Part shown: piece by piece, positions 41,902-50,263 of the stretch
How positions within the stretch are numbered: the stretch's first letter is position 1
Layout of the letters: each line of letters starts with the position of its first letter
Source: a virus
DNA: 50,263 bases
IMG/VR virus record: IMGVR_UViG_3300045988_133551
Span: 1-50,263 of that record
Strand: one strand, 5' to 3'
The notes under the pieces: generated by a model
Told to the model about the DNA's origin: nothing
Database searches by the model: none
The model's input: the letters and a program-made list of their open reading frames with translations, nothing else
Position numbers and translations under genes: made by a program

Positions 41902-43332
41902 ATGATTACACGCGCCAAGCGCTATCTGGACGAGGCCGGCATGCCCTCTCCGGCCATGCTGCGCAGTGTGCTGGCGGAGCATCTGGCCGAGGCTCCCCGG
42001 CTGGGCAAACTGGCGGACTACTACCGCGGCGACAGCGAGATCACCCGCCGCATCCGGCAGCCGGGCCTGCCCAACAACCGCATCGCCCATCCCTACGCGC
42101 GCTACATCGTCTCCGTGGCCACGGGCTACCTCATCGGGCAGCCGGTGAATTACTCCGTGGACGGCGGCGAGGACGCGCTGCAGCCCGTCACGGACGCGTA
42201 TAGCAAGTGCTCTATTTCCTCCATCGACGCGGAGAACGCCCGCCACGCCTCCATCTATGGCCGCGGCGTGGAATACGTGCATGTGTCAGAAAACGACGAG
42301 GGGGAGGTGCTTCCATGCGTGGCGGCCCTGTCGCCGGAGCAGGCTTTTGTCGTCTACGACGACGATTACCACAACACGCCGCTCTTTGGCGTGTACTATG
42401 CGCAGGACACCACCGAGGAGGGCAATCCGGACGGCTGGCGCGTGTATCTCATGGGCGACCAGAGCGTCCGGGAGTGCCACATGACCGATCTATCGGCCAG
42501 TGCGGTCACGGTCGTCGGCGAGACCCAGCATTATTTCGGCGGCGTGCCCATGATCGAGTACTGGAACGACGAGGACGAGCGCGGCGACTTCGAGTGGGTG
42601 CTGCCGCTCATCGACGCATACGACAAGCTCCAGTCCGACCGCGTCAACGACAAGGAGCAGTTTGTGGACAAGCTGCTGCTGCTGACCGGCTGTACCCTCG
42701 AGGACGACGAGCGGGGCCGCCCGCCGTGGCAGCAGCTCCGGGAGGATAAGGCACTCTGCCTGCCCGACCTGCAAGCCAAGGCCGAGTATCTTCAGGGCGC
42801 GCTCACCGAGAGCGACGTGGAGGTGCTTCGGACGGCGCTGGTGGCGGACATCCACAAGATGAGCATGATTCCCGACCTGTCCGACCGGGAGTTCGCCTCC
42901 AACGCCTCAGGCGTGGCAATGAAATACAAGCTCTGGGGCCTTGAGCAGATGACCAACGTCAAGCAGCAGTGGTTTATAGAGGGCCTCAAGACGCGCCTGA
43001 AGCTCTTCGCCAATTTTTGCAAGGTGCAGGGGCATCCGGCGCTCAACGTGGACGATGTCAAAATCACCATGACCCGCGCCATGCCTGCGAACCTCGTGGA
43101 GAACGCCCAGATGGCCCAGTACGCCGAGGCCGCCGGAGCCGCCAGCACCGAGACCAAGGTGCGCATGCTCCACGCCGCGGACGGCTGGACGGACGAGATG
43201 GTGCAGGAGGAAGTCAACAAGATCGAGGGCGAATCCCAGAGCACCGCCGATCCGCTCACCCAGTACGGCAACATGCTGATGGGCGATACCTCTGACCAGC
43301 TCAAATCGCAGGACAAAAAAGAGGAGGAGTAA
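41902..43332 (+). CDS. Portal protein (SPP1 Gp6-like)
   Basis: 476 aa, located after terL. LPNNRIAHPYARYIVSVATGYLIGQPVNY. Confidence 0.88.
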   Translation: MITRAKRYLDEAGMPSPAMLRSVLAEHLAEAPRLGKLADYYRGDSEITRRIRQPGLPNNRIAHPYARYIVSVATGYLIGQPVNYSVDGGEDALQPVTDAYSKCSISSIDAENARHASIYGRGVEYVHVSENDEGEVLPCVAALSPEQAFVVYDDDYHNTPLFGVYYAQDTTEEGNPDGWRVYLMGDQSVRECHMTDLSASAVTVVGETQHYFGGVPMIEYWNDEDERGDFEWVLPLIDAYDKLQSDRVNDKEQFVDKLLLLTGCTLEDDERGRPPWQQLREDKALCLPDLQAKAEYLQGALTESDVEVLRTALVADIHKMSMIPDLSDREFASNASGVAMKYKLWGLEQMTNVKQQWFIEGLKTRLKLFANFCKVQGHPALNVDDVKITMTRAMPANLVENAQMAQYAEAAGAASTETKVRMLHAADGWTDEMVQEEVNKIEGESQSTADPLTQYGNMLMGDTSDQLKSQDKKEEE

Positions 43333-43338
43333 TGAGCA

Positions 43339-44955
43339 ATGGCGAACGGAGGGCGTAAGAGCCTGCCTCGGCGCATTCTGGAGGCCGCGGACGCGTTCGC
43401 CAGTTCTTTTTCAGACGCGGAACTCAAGCTGTTCGGGGCCTTCGGCGCACTGCTCGGCGGCAAGGCGCTCAAGCACGGCCGCTATCGCGCACTGACGCGC
43501 CGCAGAATCCAGCGTGAGCTTGCGCGCGTCGTGGACAATATCTGCGCAGCGCTCGAAGAGGAAGCCGCTCAGGCGGCCCGTCAGGCGCTTTTGACGGCCT
43601 ATGCGGCGACCGCCGAGACGATTGCCGATGAAATTGAGGCATTCGCCGTGCAGACGGAGGTTGAAGCGGAGCGAGCGCAGCGGGAAATGATCAAAATCGT
43701 CGACGAGCTCACGCGGCTTGTCAACGAGTCCACTCAAATCGAGCTGAAGCACATGCGCCGTGACGCGGACGACATCTACCGCCAGATCGTGGAAAAGGTG
43801 CGGGACGCGTGGCTGGAACCCGGAAACGCGTCCAAACTGAACGCGGAAGTGCAGGAGGCGATCAGAGAGTTTGCGGCCAGCGGCGTGACCGGCTTTACCG
43901 ACAAGGCCGGCAGAAAATGGGGCCTGTATGAATACGCCAACATGGCCATGCGGACGGCCATCCACCGCGCCGGACTGCAAGCCACCATCGACACCATGCG
44001 GGCCAAGGGCCAAGACCTCGCCTATGTCACCCGGCATCCGGGCGCATGCCCGCTGTGCGCGAGATGGTATGGCGTGATCCTTTCGCTTTCAGGCGACGAT
44101 CCGACGCATCCATCATTGCAGGGCGCAATGGATCAGGGCCTGTTTCACCCTAACTGTACAGACGTGCTCCAGCCATACATTCCCGGCGTGTCCGATCTGA
44201 CCGCCGGCATGGGCGAATACACGCCGGAGGAGAGCGCGGCGCGCTACACGGCCAGTCAGCACCAGCGCACATTGGAGCGGGAAATCCGCAAGTGGAAGCG
44301 CATGCAGGCCGCGTCCACCACGCCGGAAAACGAGCGCATGTGCAAGGCCCACATTGATAAGCTGCAGCGCCAGCTCCGCACGCTGACCGGCGAGACCAAG
44401 CTCCCCCGCCGCTACGACCGCGAGGGCGGCAGAGTGCTCCTCAGCGCGGATGCAAAAAAGCTGAAGCCCTTTACAGTTGGCGAAAATGGGCGTATAATTC
44501 AAAACATCGCCACTAATCCCGCGATAACGAAGACTGATGCGCCGAATGCGTCCACGAAAGCGAGCGAAAACAGCGTGAATTTCATCTGCAAAATCGACCG
44601 GAGCATATATTCTTGCGTCTCCAAGGATATTACCACGGACGAGGTCGTGATTACAGAAGAGCGGATTCAGCACATCAAAGAGCGTCACCCGAATGATTAC
44701 GAGCGGTATTACTCTTATATCGCTCAAATATTGCGCAGCCCAGACTATATTCTTGAGGATAAGGTTCATACGGGCCTGATCTTAAAAGAGATCAAAGAGG
44801 ACGATAAAATGTTTCGGCTTGTATTGCGATTGAGCACATCCACGGATAACCCGGAATATAAGAATTCCGTTCTTACTTTCATGGAAACAAACAGAAAAAA
44901 GTGGGAGCAGAACATCCGGAATAAAAAAGTGCTTTACAAGCGAGACGAAATCTGA
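43339..44955 (+). CDS. MuF/SPP1 gp7-like head morphogenesis protein with an extra low-GC C-terminal toxin-like domain
   Basis: The MuF core is HPGACPLCARWYG...GLFHPNCTD. The last roughly 130 aa (VVITEERIQHIKERHPNDYERYYSYIAQILRSPDYIL...) are compositionally distinct. Confidence 0.8.
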   Translation: MANGGRKSLPRRILEAADAFASSFSDAELKLFGAFGALLGGKALKHGRYRALTRRRIQRELARVVDNICAALEEEAAQAARQALLTAYAATAETIADEIEAFAVQTEVEAERAQREMIKIVDELTRLVNESTQIELKHMRRDADDIYRQIVEKVRDAWLEPGNASKLNAEVQEAIREFAASGVTGFTDKAGRKWGLYEYANMAMRTAIHRAGLQATIDTMRAKGQDLAYVTRHPGACPLCARWYGVILSLSGDDPTHPSLQGAMDQGLFHPNCTDVLQPYIPGVSDLTAGMGEYTPEESAARYTASQHQRTLEREIRKWKRMQAASTTPENERMCKAHIDKLQRQLRTLTGETKLPRRYDREGGRVLLSADAKKLKPFTVGENGRIIQNIATNPAITKTDAPNASTKASENSVNFICKIDRSIYSCVSKDITTDEVVITEERIQHIKERHPNDYERYYSYIAQILRSPDYILEDKVHTGLILKEIKEDDKMFRLVLRLSTSTDNPEYKNSVLTFMETNRKKWEQNIRNKKVLYKRDEI

Positions 44956-45119
44956 TATAATTTAATTGCACTAAAGGGATTCTTGAGGTGGTAAATTTCG
45001 CGGCGACCACACGCCGATGGTATTGACAGGGGGCGTATGCATGCGCCTTCGAGAGATGCAGGAGAAGGCCGCGCCTGCCAAGAATCCACGAAGTGCGCAA
45101 AGCTCATACGACCGACCTA

Positions 45120-45149
45120 AACCGCCCAGCGCAAGCGAGGCGGTTTTTC
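45120..45149 (+). terminator. Rho-independent terminator
   Basis: aaccgcc-cagcgcaagcga-ggcggtt stem followed by ttttt. Confidence 0.6.
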
Positions 45150-45175
45150 TATGCCCTGAACAAGGAGGAAATGCC

Positions 45176-45535
45176 ATGAAACTGTCCATTCTTGGCACTG
45201 AATACGAGGTCATCCGCAAGAATTACGCGGACGATCCGTATTTCGAGGCCCACGGCTGCGACGCCTACTGCGACAAGCTCGGCAAGCAGCTCGTCATCTG
45301 CTCCGCGGACACGCATCCGGCCTTTGCCGACGATGATGATTTTGCCCACGCGATGTGCGAAAAGGCGACGCTGCGCCATGAGATCGTCCACGCGTTTCTG
45401 TTTGAGAGCGGCCTTGACAGCAGCTCCAGCCGGATCACCGACATGGGCTGGGCCGAGCATGAGGAAATGATCGACTGGATCGCCCTGCAGGCCCCCAAGC
45501 TGTATGCGGCCTTTGAGGCCGCCGACGCGCTTTAA
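45176..45535 (+). CDS. Putative zinc metallopeptidase-like protein (HExxH)
   Basis: ATG lies after AAGGAGGAAATGCC. ATLRHEIVHAFLFESGL carries the HExxH motif. The track's N-terminal extension reads through the terminator and was trimmed. Confidence 0.6.
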   Translation: MKLSILGTEYEVIRKNYADDPYFEAHGCDAYCDKLGKQLVICSADTHPAFADDDDFAHAMCEKATLRHEIVHAFLFESGLDSSSSRITDMGWAEHEEMIDWIALQAPKLYAAFEAADAL

Positions 45536-45556
45536 ATCAATAACCCCACGGCATTG

Positions 45557-45595
45557 AGCCGCCGAGGAGAGCCGATCACTCTCCCGGCGGCTTTT
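45557..45595 (+). terminator. Rho-independent terminator
   Basis: agccgccgaggagag-ccgatca-ctctcccggcggct stem followed by tttt. Confidence 0.7.
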
Positions 45596-45705
45596 GCATA
45601 CCCTTTTCCGCCCTGATCAAGCGGAAAAGACCTCAAAAATCAAGCCGGACGCAGCGGCAAATCTGTGGAATTGTCGACGGACATAAAACGGAAGGAGAAC
45701 CAGTC

Positions 45706-46374
45706 ATGAAAAATGTGAAGGACATTTTTACCCCCAATCAGCCGAAATGGAAGCCGTTTCCGCTGAACCTCCAGCTCTTTGGAGAAGAAAACGGCGCTGA
45801 TTCCGGCGCTTCCGGCGGCGAGAATGCCGCTCAGGGCGCACAGGAGGCCTCAGAACAGCCTCGCACCTACACCGAAGAGGAATTGCAGGCCGCCATCGAC
45901 AGCACCGTAAGGCAGCGTCTGGCGCGCGAGAGGCGCGACGCGGAGAAGCGCATCGAGCAGGCCCGGGAAGAGGCCCGCAGCGAGGCCGAGAAGCTGGCCC
46001 AGATGAACGAGGCCCAGCGCGCCGAGCATGAGCGCCAGCGCGTGGAACAGGCAGCCAGGGATCGCGAGGCCGCTATCGCCCAGCGCGAAGCGGAACTCAA
46101 TCGCCGCGAACTGCGTGCCACGGCCATTGAAGACCTCCGCAAGCGCGGCCTGCCCACGAGCCTCGAAATCGTGCTCAACTACACGGACGCGGACGCGTGC
46201 CACACCTCCATCGACACGGTGGAAAAGGCGTTTCGCGAGGCCGTGCAGCAGGGCGTGGACGAGCGCCTGCGCCAGAGCGGCGTGACGGTGCGCGCCGGCA
46301 ATGCGCCGGACTACGCGAAGATGTCCGACGCGGAATACTACGCAGCCACCTACAAGACCGGCGGCCAGAAGTGA
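45706..46374 (+). CDS. Capsid scaffolding protein (DUF4355-like)
   Basis: LNLQLFGEE N-terminal motif, a long charged coiled coil, and a position just before the coat gene. Confidence 0.8.
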   Translation: MKNVKDIFTPNQPKWKPFPLNLQLFGEENGADSGASGGENAAQGAQEASEQPRTYTEEELQAAIDSTVRQRLARERRDAEKRIEQAREEARSEAEKLAQMNEAQRAEHERQRVEQAARDREAAIAQREAELNRRELRATAIEDLRKRGLPTSLEIVLNYTDADACHTSIDTVEKAFREAVQQGVDERLRQSGVTVRAGNAPDYAKMSDAEYYAATYKTGGQK

Positions 46375-46406
46375 CCGCCGCAACCAGAAGAAAGGAATGA
46401 AACCAT

Positions 46407-47525
46407 ATGCCCAATGAATTTATTACCCTCCAGACCATCGCAAGACGCGCCCTGCCCCGCCTGATCGAGAACCTCGTGTTCCCGAATCTGTGCTATCGCG
46501 ACTTCTCCGGGGACTTTTCCGACCTCGGCGATACGATCCAGGTGCGCAAGCCCAACGTCCTCGAAGCCAAGGACTTTAACGAGGCCTCCGGCGTGGAGTA
46601 TCAGGACATGAAGGAGACCAGCGTCCTCGTCAAGCTGGACAAGCTGGCGACCGTGGACGCGAAGGCCTCCGCCATCGAAACCGCCGTGAGCCTCTCCGAT
46701 CTCGACCGCGTGTTCATCGAGCCTGCGGCGGTGGCGCTGGCCGAGAGGATCAACGCCGACGGCCTCGCCCTCTACAAGGACGTGCCCTACGCCGTCGGAA
46801 CTCCCAACTCTACGCCCGATTCCCTCGCGGCGTTTGCAGAGGCCCGCAAGATGCTCAACGTCAACAAGGCCCCTGTCAGCGGCCGCGTCGGCGTGTGGAG
46901 CCCCGAGGCCGACGCGAAATTTACCCAGATTCCCGCGCTCGTCAACGCGGAGAAGTCCGGCACGACTCAGGCGCTGCGCGAAGGCTCCATCGGCCGCGTG
47001 TACGGCATCGACAACTACATGGCGCAGGGCGTGCAGACTCACGCCTCCGGCATCACCGCGCAGGAGGGCGTAAAGCTGTCCGCCAGCGCCGCCGCAGGCT
47101 CCACCACCATCGGCCTGACCGGCACTACGCTGACGGGCAAGCTCGTCAAGGGCGACGTGCTGACCATCCTCGGCGGCACCTATGTGGTCACTGAGGACAC
47201 CGCCGCCGCAGCCTCCAACGCCATCGCCGGTGTCAAGATTTATCCGGCGCTGAAGAAGTCCGGCACCACCAGCACCAACGTCACCATCGCCGCCAGCCAT
47301 GCGGCCAACCTCGTGTTCTGCCCGATGGCCTTTGCTTACGTCACCCGTCCGCTCATCAATCCTGACGGTCAGGGCGTGCAGAGCTACGTCACCAGCTACA
47401 ACGGCATCTCCCTCCGCGTGACGAAGGGCTATGACCAGAAGTACAAGCGCTCCACCTACTCGATGGACGTGCTTTACGGCTACAAGACCATCTACCCGGA
47501 GCTTGCCGTCCGCGTGATGGGCTAA
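46407..47525 (+). CDS. Major capsid protein (P22 coat-like family)
   Basis: 372 aa, located after the scaffold. TQALREGSIGRVYGIDNYMAQ and the overall pattern fit. Confidence 0.85.
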   Translation: MPNEFITLQTIARRALPRLIENLVFPNLCYRDFSGDFSDLGDTIQVRKPNVLEAKDFNEASGVEYQDMKETSVLVKLDKLATVDAKASAIETAVSLSDLDRVFIEPAAVALAERINADGLALYKDVPYAVGTPNSTPDSLAAFAEARKMLNVNKAPVSGRVGVWSPEADAKFTQIPALVNAEKSGTTQALREGSIGRVYGIDNYMAQGVQTHASGITAQEGVKLSASAAAGSTTIGLTGTTLTGKLVKGDVLTILGGTYVVTEDTAAAASNAIAGVKIYPALKKSGTTSTNVTIAASHAANLVFCPMAFAYVTRPLINPDGQGVQSYVTSYNGISLRVTKGYDQKYKRSTYSMDVLYGYKTIYPELAVRVMG

Positions 47526-47529
47526 GGCC

Positions 47530-47841
47530 GTGGCGATCAACGCGGAGCATGTGCGCGAGCGCCTGACCGCGTACATCTACCCGAGACGACCGACTACGGG
47601 CGAGCAGGAAGCCGCGTTTCTCAAGGCCGTGCAGGTGCAGGCGGAGTACGAGAGCGCATTCGACGGCGAGGATGCGCTCCCGCCCGGCGTATCGAGCTTT
47701 TCCATCGGCAATTATTCCGTCACCGCTGAGACAGCCCAGAGCGCAGGTTATACGCAGCAGACGATCTGCCCTGCGGCCTATGCGTATCTTTTCAACGCGG
47801 GCCTGATCCGGCATACGCTGCCTGTTGCGAGGAGGCTGTAG
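47530..47841 (+). CDS. Head-tail connector/adaptor protein (putative)
   Basis: GTG start 4 nt after the coat stop. 103 aa. Call rests on position. Confidence 0.6.
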   Translation: MAINAEHVRERLTAYIYPRRPTTGEQEAAFLKAVQVQAEYESAFDGEDALPPGVSSFSIGNYSVTAETAQSAGYTQQTICPAAYAYLFNAGLIRHTLPVARRL

Positions 47842-47843
47842 CC

Positions 47844-48164
47844 ATGTTTGGACTCAACGAGCGTTCACGGCACTATAAGCGCACTGGACAGCAGGGTGGA
47901 AAGCCTGCCTACGCGGCGGAATCCGCCGAATTTGCCTGTCGGACACAGCCGACGCGCAGTCGGAGCCTCAGCGATGAAAAAAGCGTCATGCTGAGCGCAG
48001 ATACACTTGTATTTGCGCCCGGCTCCGCCGCCGCGCTCGGAATTTCACCCGGCGACCGGCTTGAGATCGGTACGGAGCATTTCATCGTCTCCGAGGTGCA
48101 GGCCATGCGCGGCTATGCCAAAATCCATCACCTCGAAATTCTTGCGAAGAAAGAGGGCGGATAG
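47844..48164 (+). CDS. Head closure / head-tail joining protein (putative)
   Basis: SD GGAGG. 106 aa. Call rests on position and size. Confidence 0.6.
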   Translation: MFGLNERSRHYKRTGQQGGKPAYAAESAEFACRTQPTRSRSLSDEKSVMLSADTLVFAPGSAAALGISPGDRLEIGTEHFIVSEVQAMRGYAKIHHLEILAKKEGG

Positions 48165-48165
48165 C

Positions 48166-48546
48166 ATGCCGGCGCATACGAAAAACATGGGCTGCTTTTC
48201 CTACGATGTATCCATTGACGCAACCGCGACCGTCGCCCTCGCCGAGGCGGCGGCGCGGGATGCGGTCGCGGAGCTGGGCGATTACATCAAGGCCGAGTCC
48301 AACGCCATCGCGCCACTGCGTGATGGCACGCTGATCGAAAATTCGCGCGTCGAGGTCGAAGGCGACACGGCGACCATCGGCTATTTCAACACGATCTATG
48401 CCAACTATCAGCATGAGGGCGTTGAACTCAACCATCCCAACGGACGGCAGGCGAAATACCTGGAATCGGTGATGGAAAGCCCTGCGACGGCAAATGCGGC
48501 CCGCGAAATTCTCGCGCAGAAGCTACGCGAGCGGATGGGAGGCTGA
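48166..48546 (+). CDS. HK97 gp10-family neck/tail-completion protein
   Basis: 126 aa with YANYQHEGVELNHPNGRQAKYLE. The track extension was trimmed. Confidence 0.65.
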   Translation: MPAHTKNMGCFSYDVSIDATATVALAEAAARDAVAELGDYIKAESNAIAPLRDGTLIENSRVEVEGDTATIGYFNTIYANYQHEGVELNHPNGRQAKYLESVMESPATANAAREILAQKLRERMGG

Positions 48547-48551
48547 ACCCC

Positions 48552-48734
48552 ATGACCAATCAAGAGAAAATCGAGCTTGCGGAGCTGCTCAAGGTGCTCT
48601 GCGATCTCGACCGCTTTTCCGACTGCTCCGACCGCTTTTTTCGGCAGGTTTTTGCCCAGCGCGTCCAAGTCGTAAAGGCGAACGGCTATATCGACAAACT
48701 GCTCGCCGATGCGGGCGAAGAAGGGAATGAATAA
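48552..48734 (+). CDS. Hypothetical 60-aa protein
   Basis: ORF located between the neck genes and the major tail protein. Confidence 0.5.
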   Translation: MTNQEKIELAELLKVLCDLDRFSDCSDRFFRQVFAQRVQVVKANGYIDKLLADAGEEGNE

Positions 48735-48737
48735 CCT

Positions 48738-49466
48738 ATGGCAAGAAAATCTGGATGCCCGTTTAGTATCCGGGATTACAGCGTCAAAATTGAGAACAAG
48801 GTCACGGACGAGGAAGTGCTCGTCAAGGGCCTGTCCTCGGCGAGCGTTGACATTGATTCCGATACCGATGACGGCAAGACCGGTGAATCCACCTGGGCCG
48901 AGGCGATCATCAAGGGCCGCAGCGTTTCCGGCTCTCTTGAGGGCCGTCCCATCTACGACAAGACCACCGGCACCCGCGACCCGGGCCAGAGTCTGATGCA
49001 TAAGGCGGCCACCAATAGCGGCGGCTGCGACAACGATCAGACGCTCATCATCGCGGACGCAATCGGCTACGCCATCAAGTACGACTGCGTGATCACCAAG
49101 GAGGCCACCTCTGTAGACGAGGACGGTGAATCCATTTCTTGGGATTGGGAAGGCGTTGGCCAGCCCGAAGAGCAGGAATATGTGCAGGTCACCGGCGTAT
49201 CCTACAAAAAGGGTGATACTGCCGCGACTACGCTCACCGTAAAGGTCGGCGAGACGGAAACCGTGGCTGTTGCATTTGCGCCTGAAAAGGCCTCCAACAC
49301 CCGTTTTGCCTACTCTATCGCGGATGAATCCAAGGCCGCTGTCACGGTGGATGGAATGAACATCGCCATCCGCGGCATTGCGGAAGGTTCTACCACGCTC
49401 ACGATCAAGTCGATGAACAACAACAAGACTGCGGAGCTTGCGATCACCGTCAGCGCCGCGTCCTGA
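48738..49466 (+). CDS. Major tail protein with C-terminal Ig-like (Big_2-type) domain
   Basis: 242 aa. The C-terminus VQVTGVSYKKGDTAATTLTVKVGETETVAVAFAPEKASNTRFAYSIADESKAAVTVDG...TTLTIKS is Ig-like. Confidence 0.8.
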   Translation: MARKSGCPFSIRDYSVKIENKVTDEEVLVKGLSSASVDIDSDTDDGKTGESTWAEAIIKGRSVSGSLEGRPIYDKTTGTRDPGQSLMHKAATNSGGCDNDQTLIIADAIGYAIKYDCVITKEATSVDEDGESISWDWEGVGQPEEQEYVQVTGVSYKKGDTAATTLTVKVGETETVAVAFAPEKASNTRFAYSIADESKAAVTVDGMNIAIRGIAEGSTTLTIKSMNNNKTAELAITVSAAS

Positions 49467-49525
49467 CCGACCGACCCCGGGGCGGCAAAACAGCCGTCCC
49501 GGATTTTTGAAACAGGAGAATCAGC

Positions 49526-49921
49526 ATGAGCATCATTGAACAGCTTGCGCGTTTTCTTGCAGGAAAGCTGCAATTGCCGCTGGAGGGCGACACGGACGGC
49601 GCTGTGTTCTACGGCTATATGCCGGAAAAGCCCACCAAGGCCATTTGCGTGTACGCCAACGACCTGCGCGCTCCCGGCGACGACGAGGGAACTCGCGTGC
49701 AGATCGTCGTGCGCAGCGATATGGACGGCGGCTGGGCGCTGGCGCAATCGCTGTCCATCATGTCCATTCTCGACGACGCGCGCGACCTGATCTTCGTGCG
49801 CGATGGCGCGTATATTCCCCGCATTGAGACGGAAAAGGGATTTCAGTTTTCCGGCATGGCCGGGAACAACACCCAGTTCTACGCCGCAAATTTCCGAATT
49901 TATTATTGCGGAGGGTATTGA
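49526..49921 (+). CDS. Tail terminator / minor-capsid-family-like protein
   Basis: MSIIEQLARFLAGKL...VFYGYMPEKPTKAICVY...VQIVVRS is typical of DUF3168/minor-capsid-type tail completion proteins. Confidence 0.55.
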   Translation: MSIIEQLARFLAGKLQLPLEGDTDGAVFYGYMPEKPTKAICVYANDLRAPGDDEGTRVQIVVRSDMDGGWALAQSLSIMSILDDARDLIFVRDGAYIPRIETEKGFQFSGMAGNNTQFYAANFRIYYCGGY

Positions 49922-49925
49922 CATA

Positions 49926-49955
49926 TTGAAAAATACTCGTTAATATCAATATATC
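49926..49955 (+). promoter_or_regulatory. Possible promoter of the junction-spanning moron
   Basis: ttgaaa at 49926..49931, then atatat/tatatc 17-18 nt downstream, within an AT-rich 49-nt gap. Confidence 0.3.
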
Positions 49956-49970
49956 AATAACAGAGGAGGA

Positions 49971-50263
49971 ATGGCCGTGGGTAACGATGAGTGGATTCTT
50001 CTTTCAATCGTCATAAATGCAGTATTCTTCGGAATATTTTCACGTTTGCTGTGCGTAAGGAAAGGCCTGAATCCGTCACGCGGTTTCGCACTCGGATTCT
50101 TTTTCTCGCTATTTGGATTTCTATATTGCGCCGTGCTCCCGCCGGAGGACAGCGCAGAAATTCGAAGCCTGAAACGCATAGGAGAACTGCTCGAAAGCCT
50201 GAAGGCAGAAGCTCAGGTTGACTCCAAAGATCCACCCGCGCAGCCTGCGAAGCAATCAAAAAA
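49971..50263 (+). CDS. Junction-spanning membrane / zinc-ribbon protein, N-terminal part (continues at 56..203; 146 aa in total)
   Basis: ATG lies 6 nt after AGAGGAGGA. The frame stays open to the window end and is in phase across the 55-nt overlap. There are two hydrophobic helices (WILLSIVINAVFFGIF and GFALGFFFSLFGFLYCAVL). Confidence 0.75.
   Translation, partial: MAVGNDEWILLSIVINAVFFGIFSRLLCVRKGLNPSRGFALGFFFSLFGFLYCAVLPPEDSAEIRSLKRIGELLESLKAEAQVDSKDPPAQPAKQSK
50209..50263. repeat. Terminal direct repeat, copy 2 (identical to 1..55)
   Basis: Exact 55-nt match to the window start. Confidence 0.95.

Larger units (their letters stand above)
1..50263 (+). mobile_element. Complete temperate siphovirus-type phage genome (circular contig, 50,208 bp unique)
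   Basis: The two ends are identical over 55 nt. Integrase/attP, repressor switch, replication, packaging, head, tail and lysis modules are all present with no obvious host genes. Confidence 0.85.

Noticed and set aside
45017-45175. N-terminal extension of the HExxH ORF (track ORF 45017..45535).
   Set aside because: The extension reads through a terminator hairpin (45120..45149) and has no SD, whereas ATG 45176 follows AAGGAGG.

Overview
The window is a complete, circularly assembled genome of a temperate siphovirus-type phage. The first 55 nt are identical to the last 55 nt, giving a unique length of 50,208 bp. GC is about 60%. GGAGG-type Shine-Dalgarno sites and SPP1/PBSX/XhlA-type genes point to a Firmicutes/Clostridia-like host. 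All family names come from motif recognition by eye; no database search was run. Gene order: tail chaperones with a -1 frameshift, tape measure, Dit, a 1,611-aa Tal/host-recognition protein, a collagen-like fibre, a lysis cassette (endolysin, XhlA-like, holin), two self-contained accessory cassettes, attP (a tRNA 3' fragment) and tyrosine integrase. Next comes a minus-strand lysogeny block (DUF4041/T5orf172 protein, membrane-anchored XRE regulator, CI-like repressor), then a divergent consensus-promoter switch with operators and a long early/replication region. That region holds Gp157, a Sak4-like ATPase, a DUF669 SSB-like protein, a DnaD-like initiator with internal iterons, RusA, SSB, MazG, two Lar and two DUF551 genes. 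The late region follows: RHH and PAPS-reductase-like unit, TerS, TerL, portal, MuF, scaffold, P22-like coat, connectors and major tail protein. The most unusual observations are: (1) terL is a fractured gene, with TerL-N plus an intein N-fragment, a free-standing HNH endonuclease in another frame, then an intein C-fragment plus TerL-C. This implies a split intein. (2) There is a 376-nt purine-rich non-coding element in an otherwise tightly packed genome. (3) An attP-proximal five-gene cassette encodes Q/P/M-rich, Cys-cluster and jelly-roll-like proteins that look like spore-surface or fibre components. (4) A consensus-promoter-driven four-gene cassette encodes unknown proteins plus an XRE regulator. 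(5) MuF carries a low-GC C-terminal toxin-like module and is followed by an HExxH protein. (6) A promoter-gene-terminator moron sits inside the tail module and spans the contig junction.
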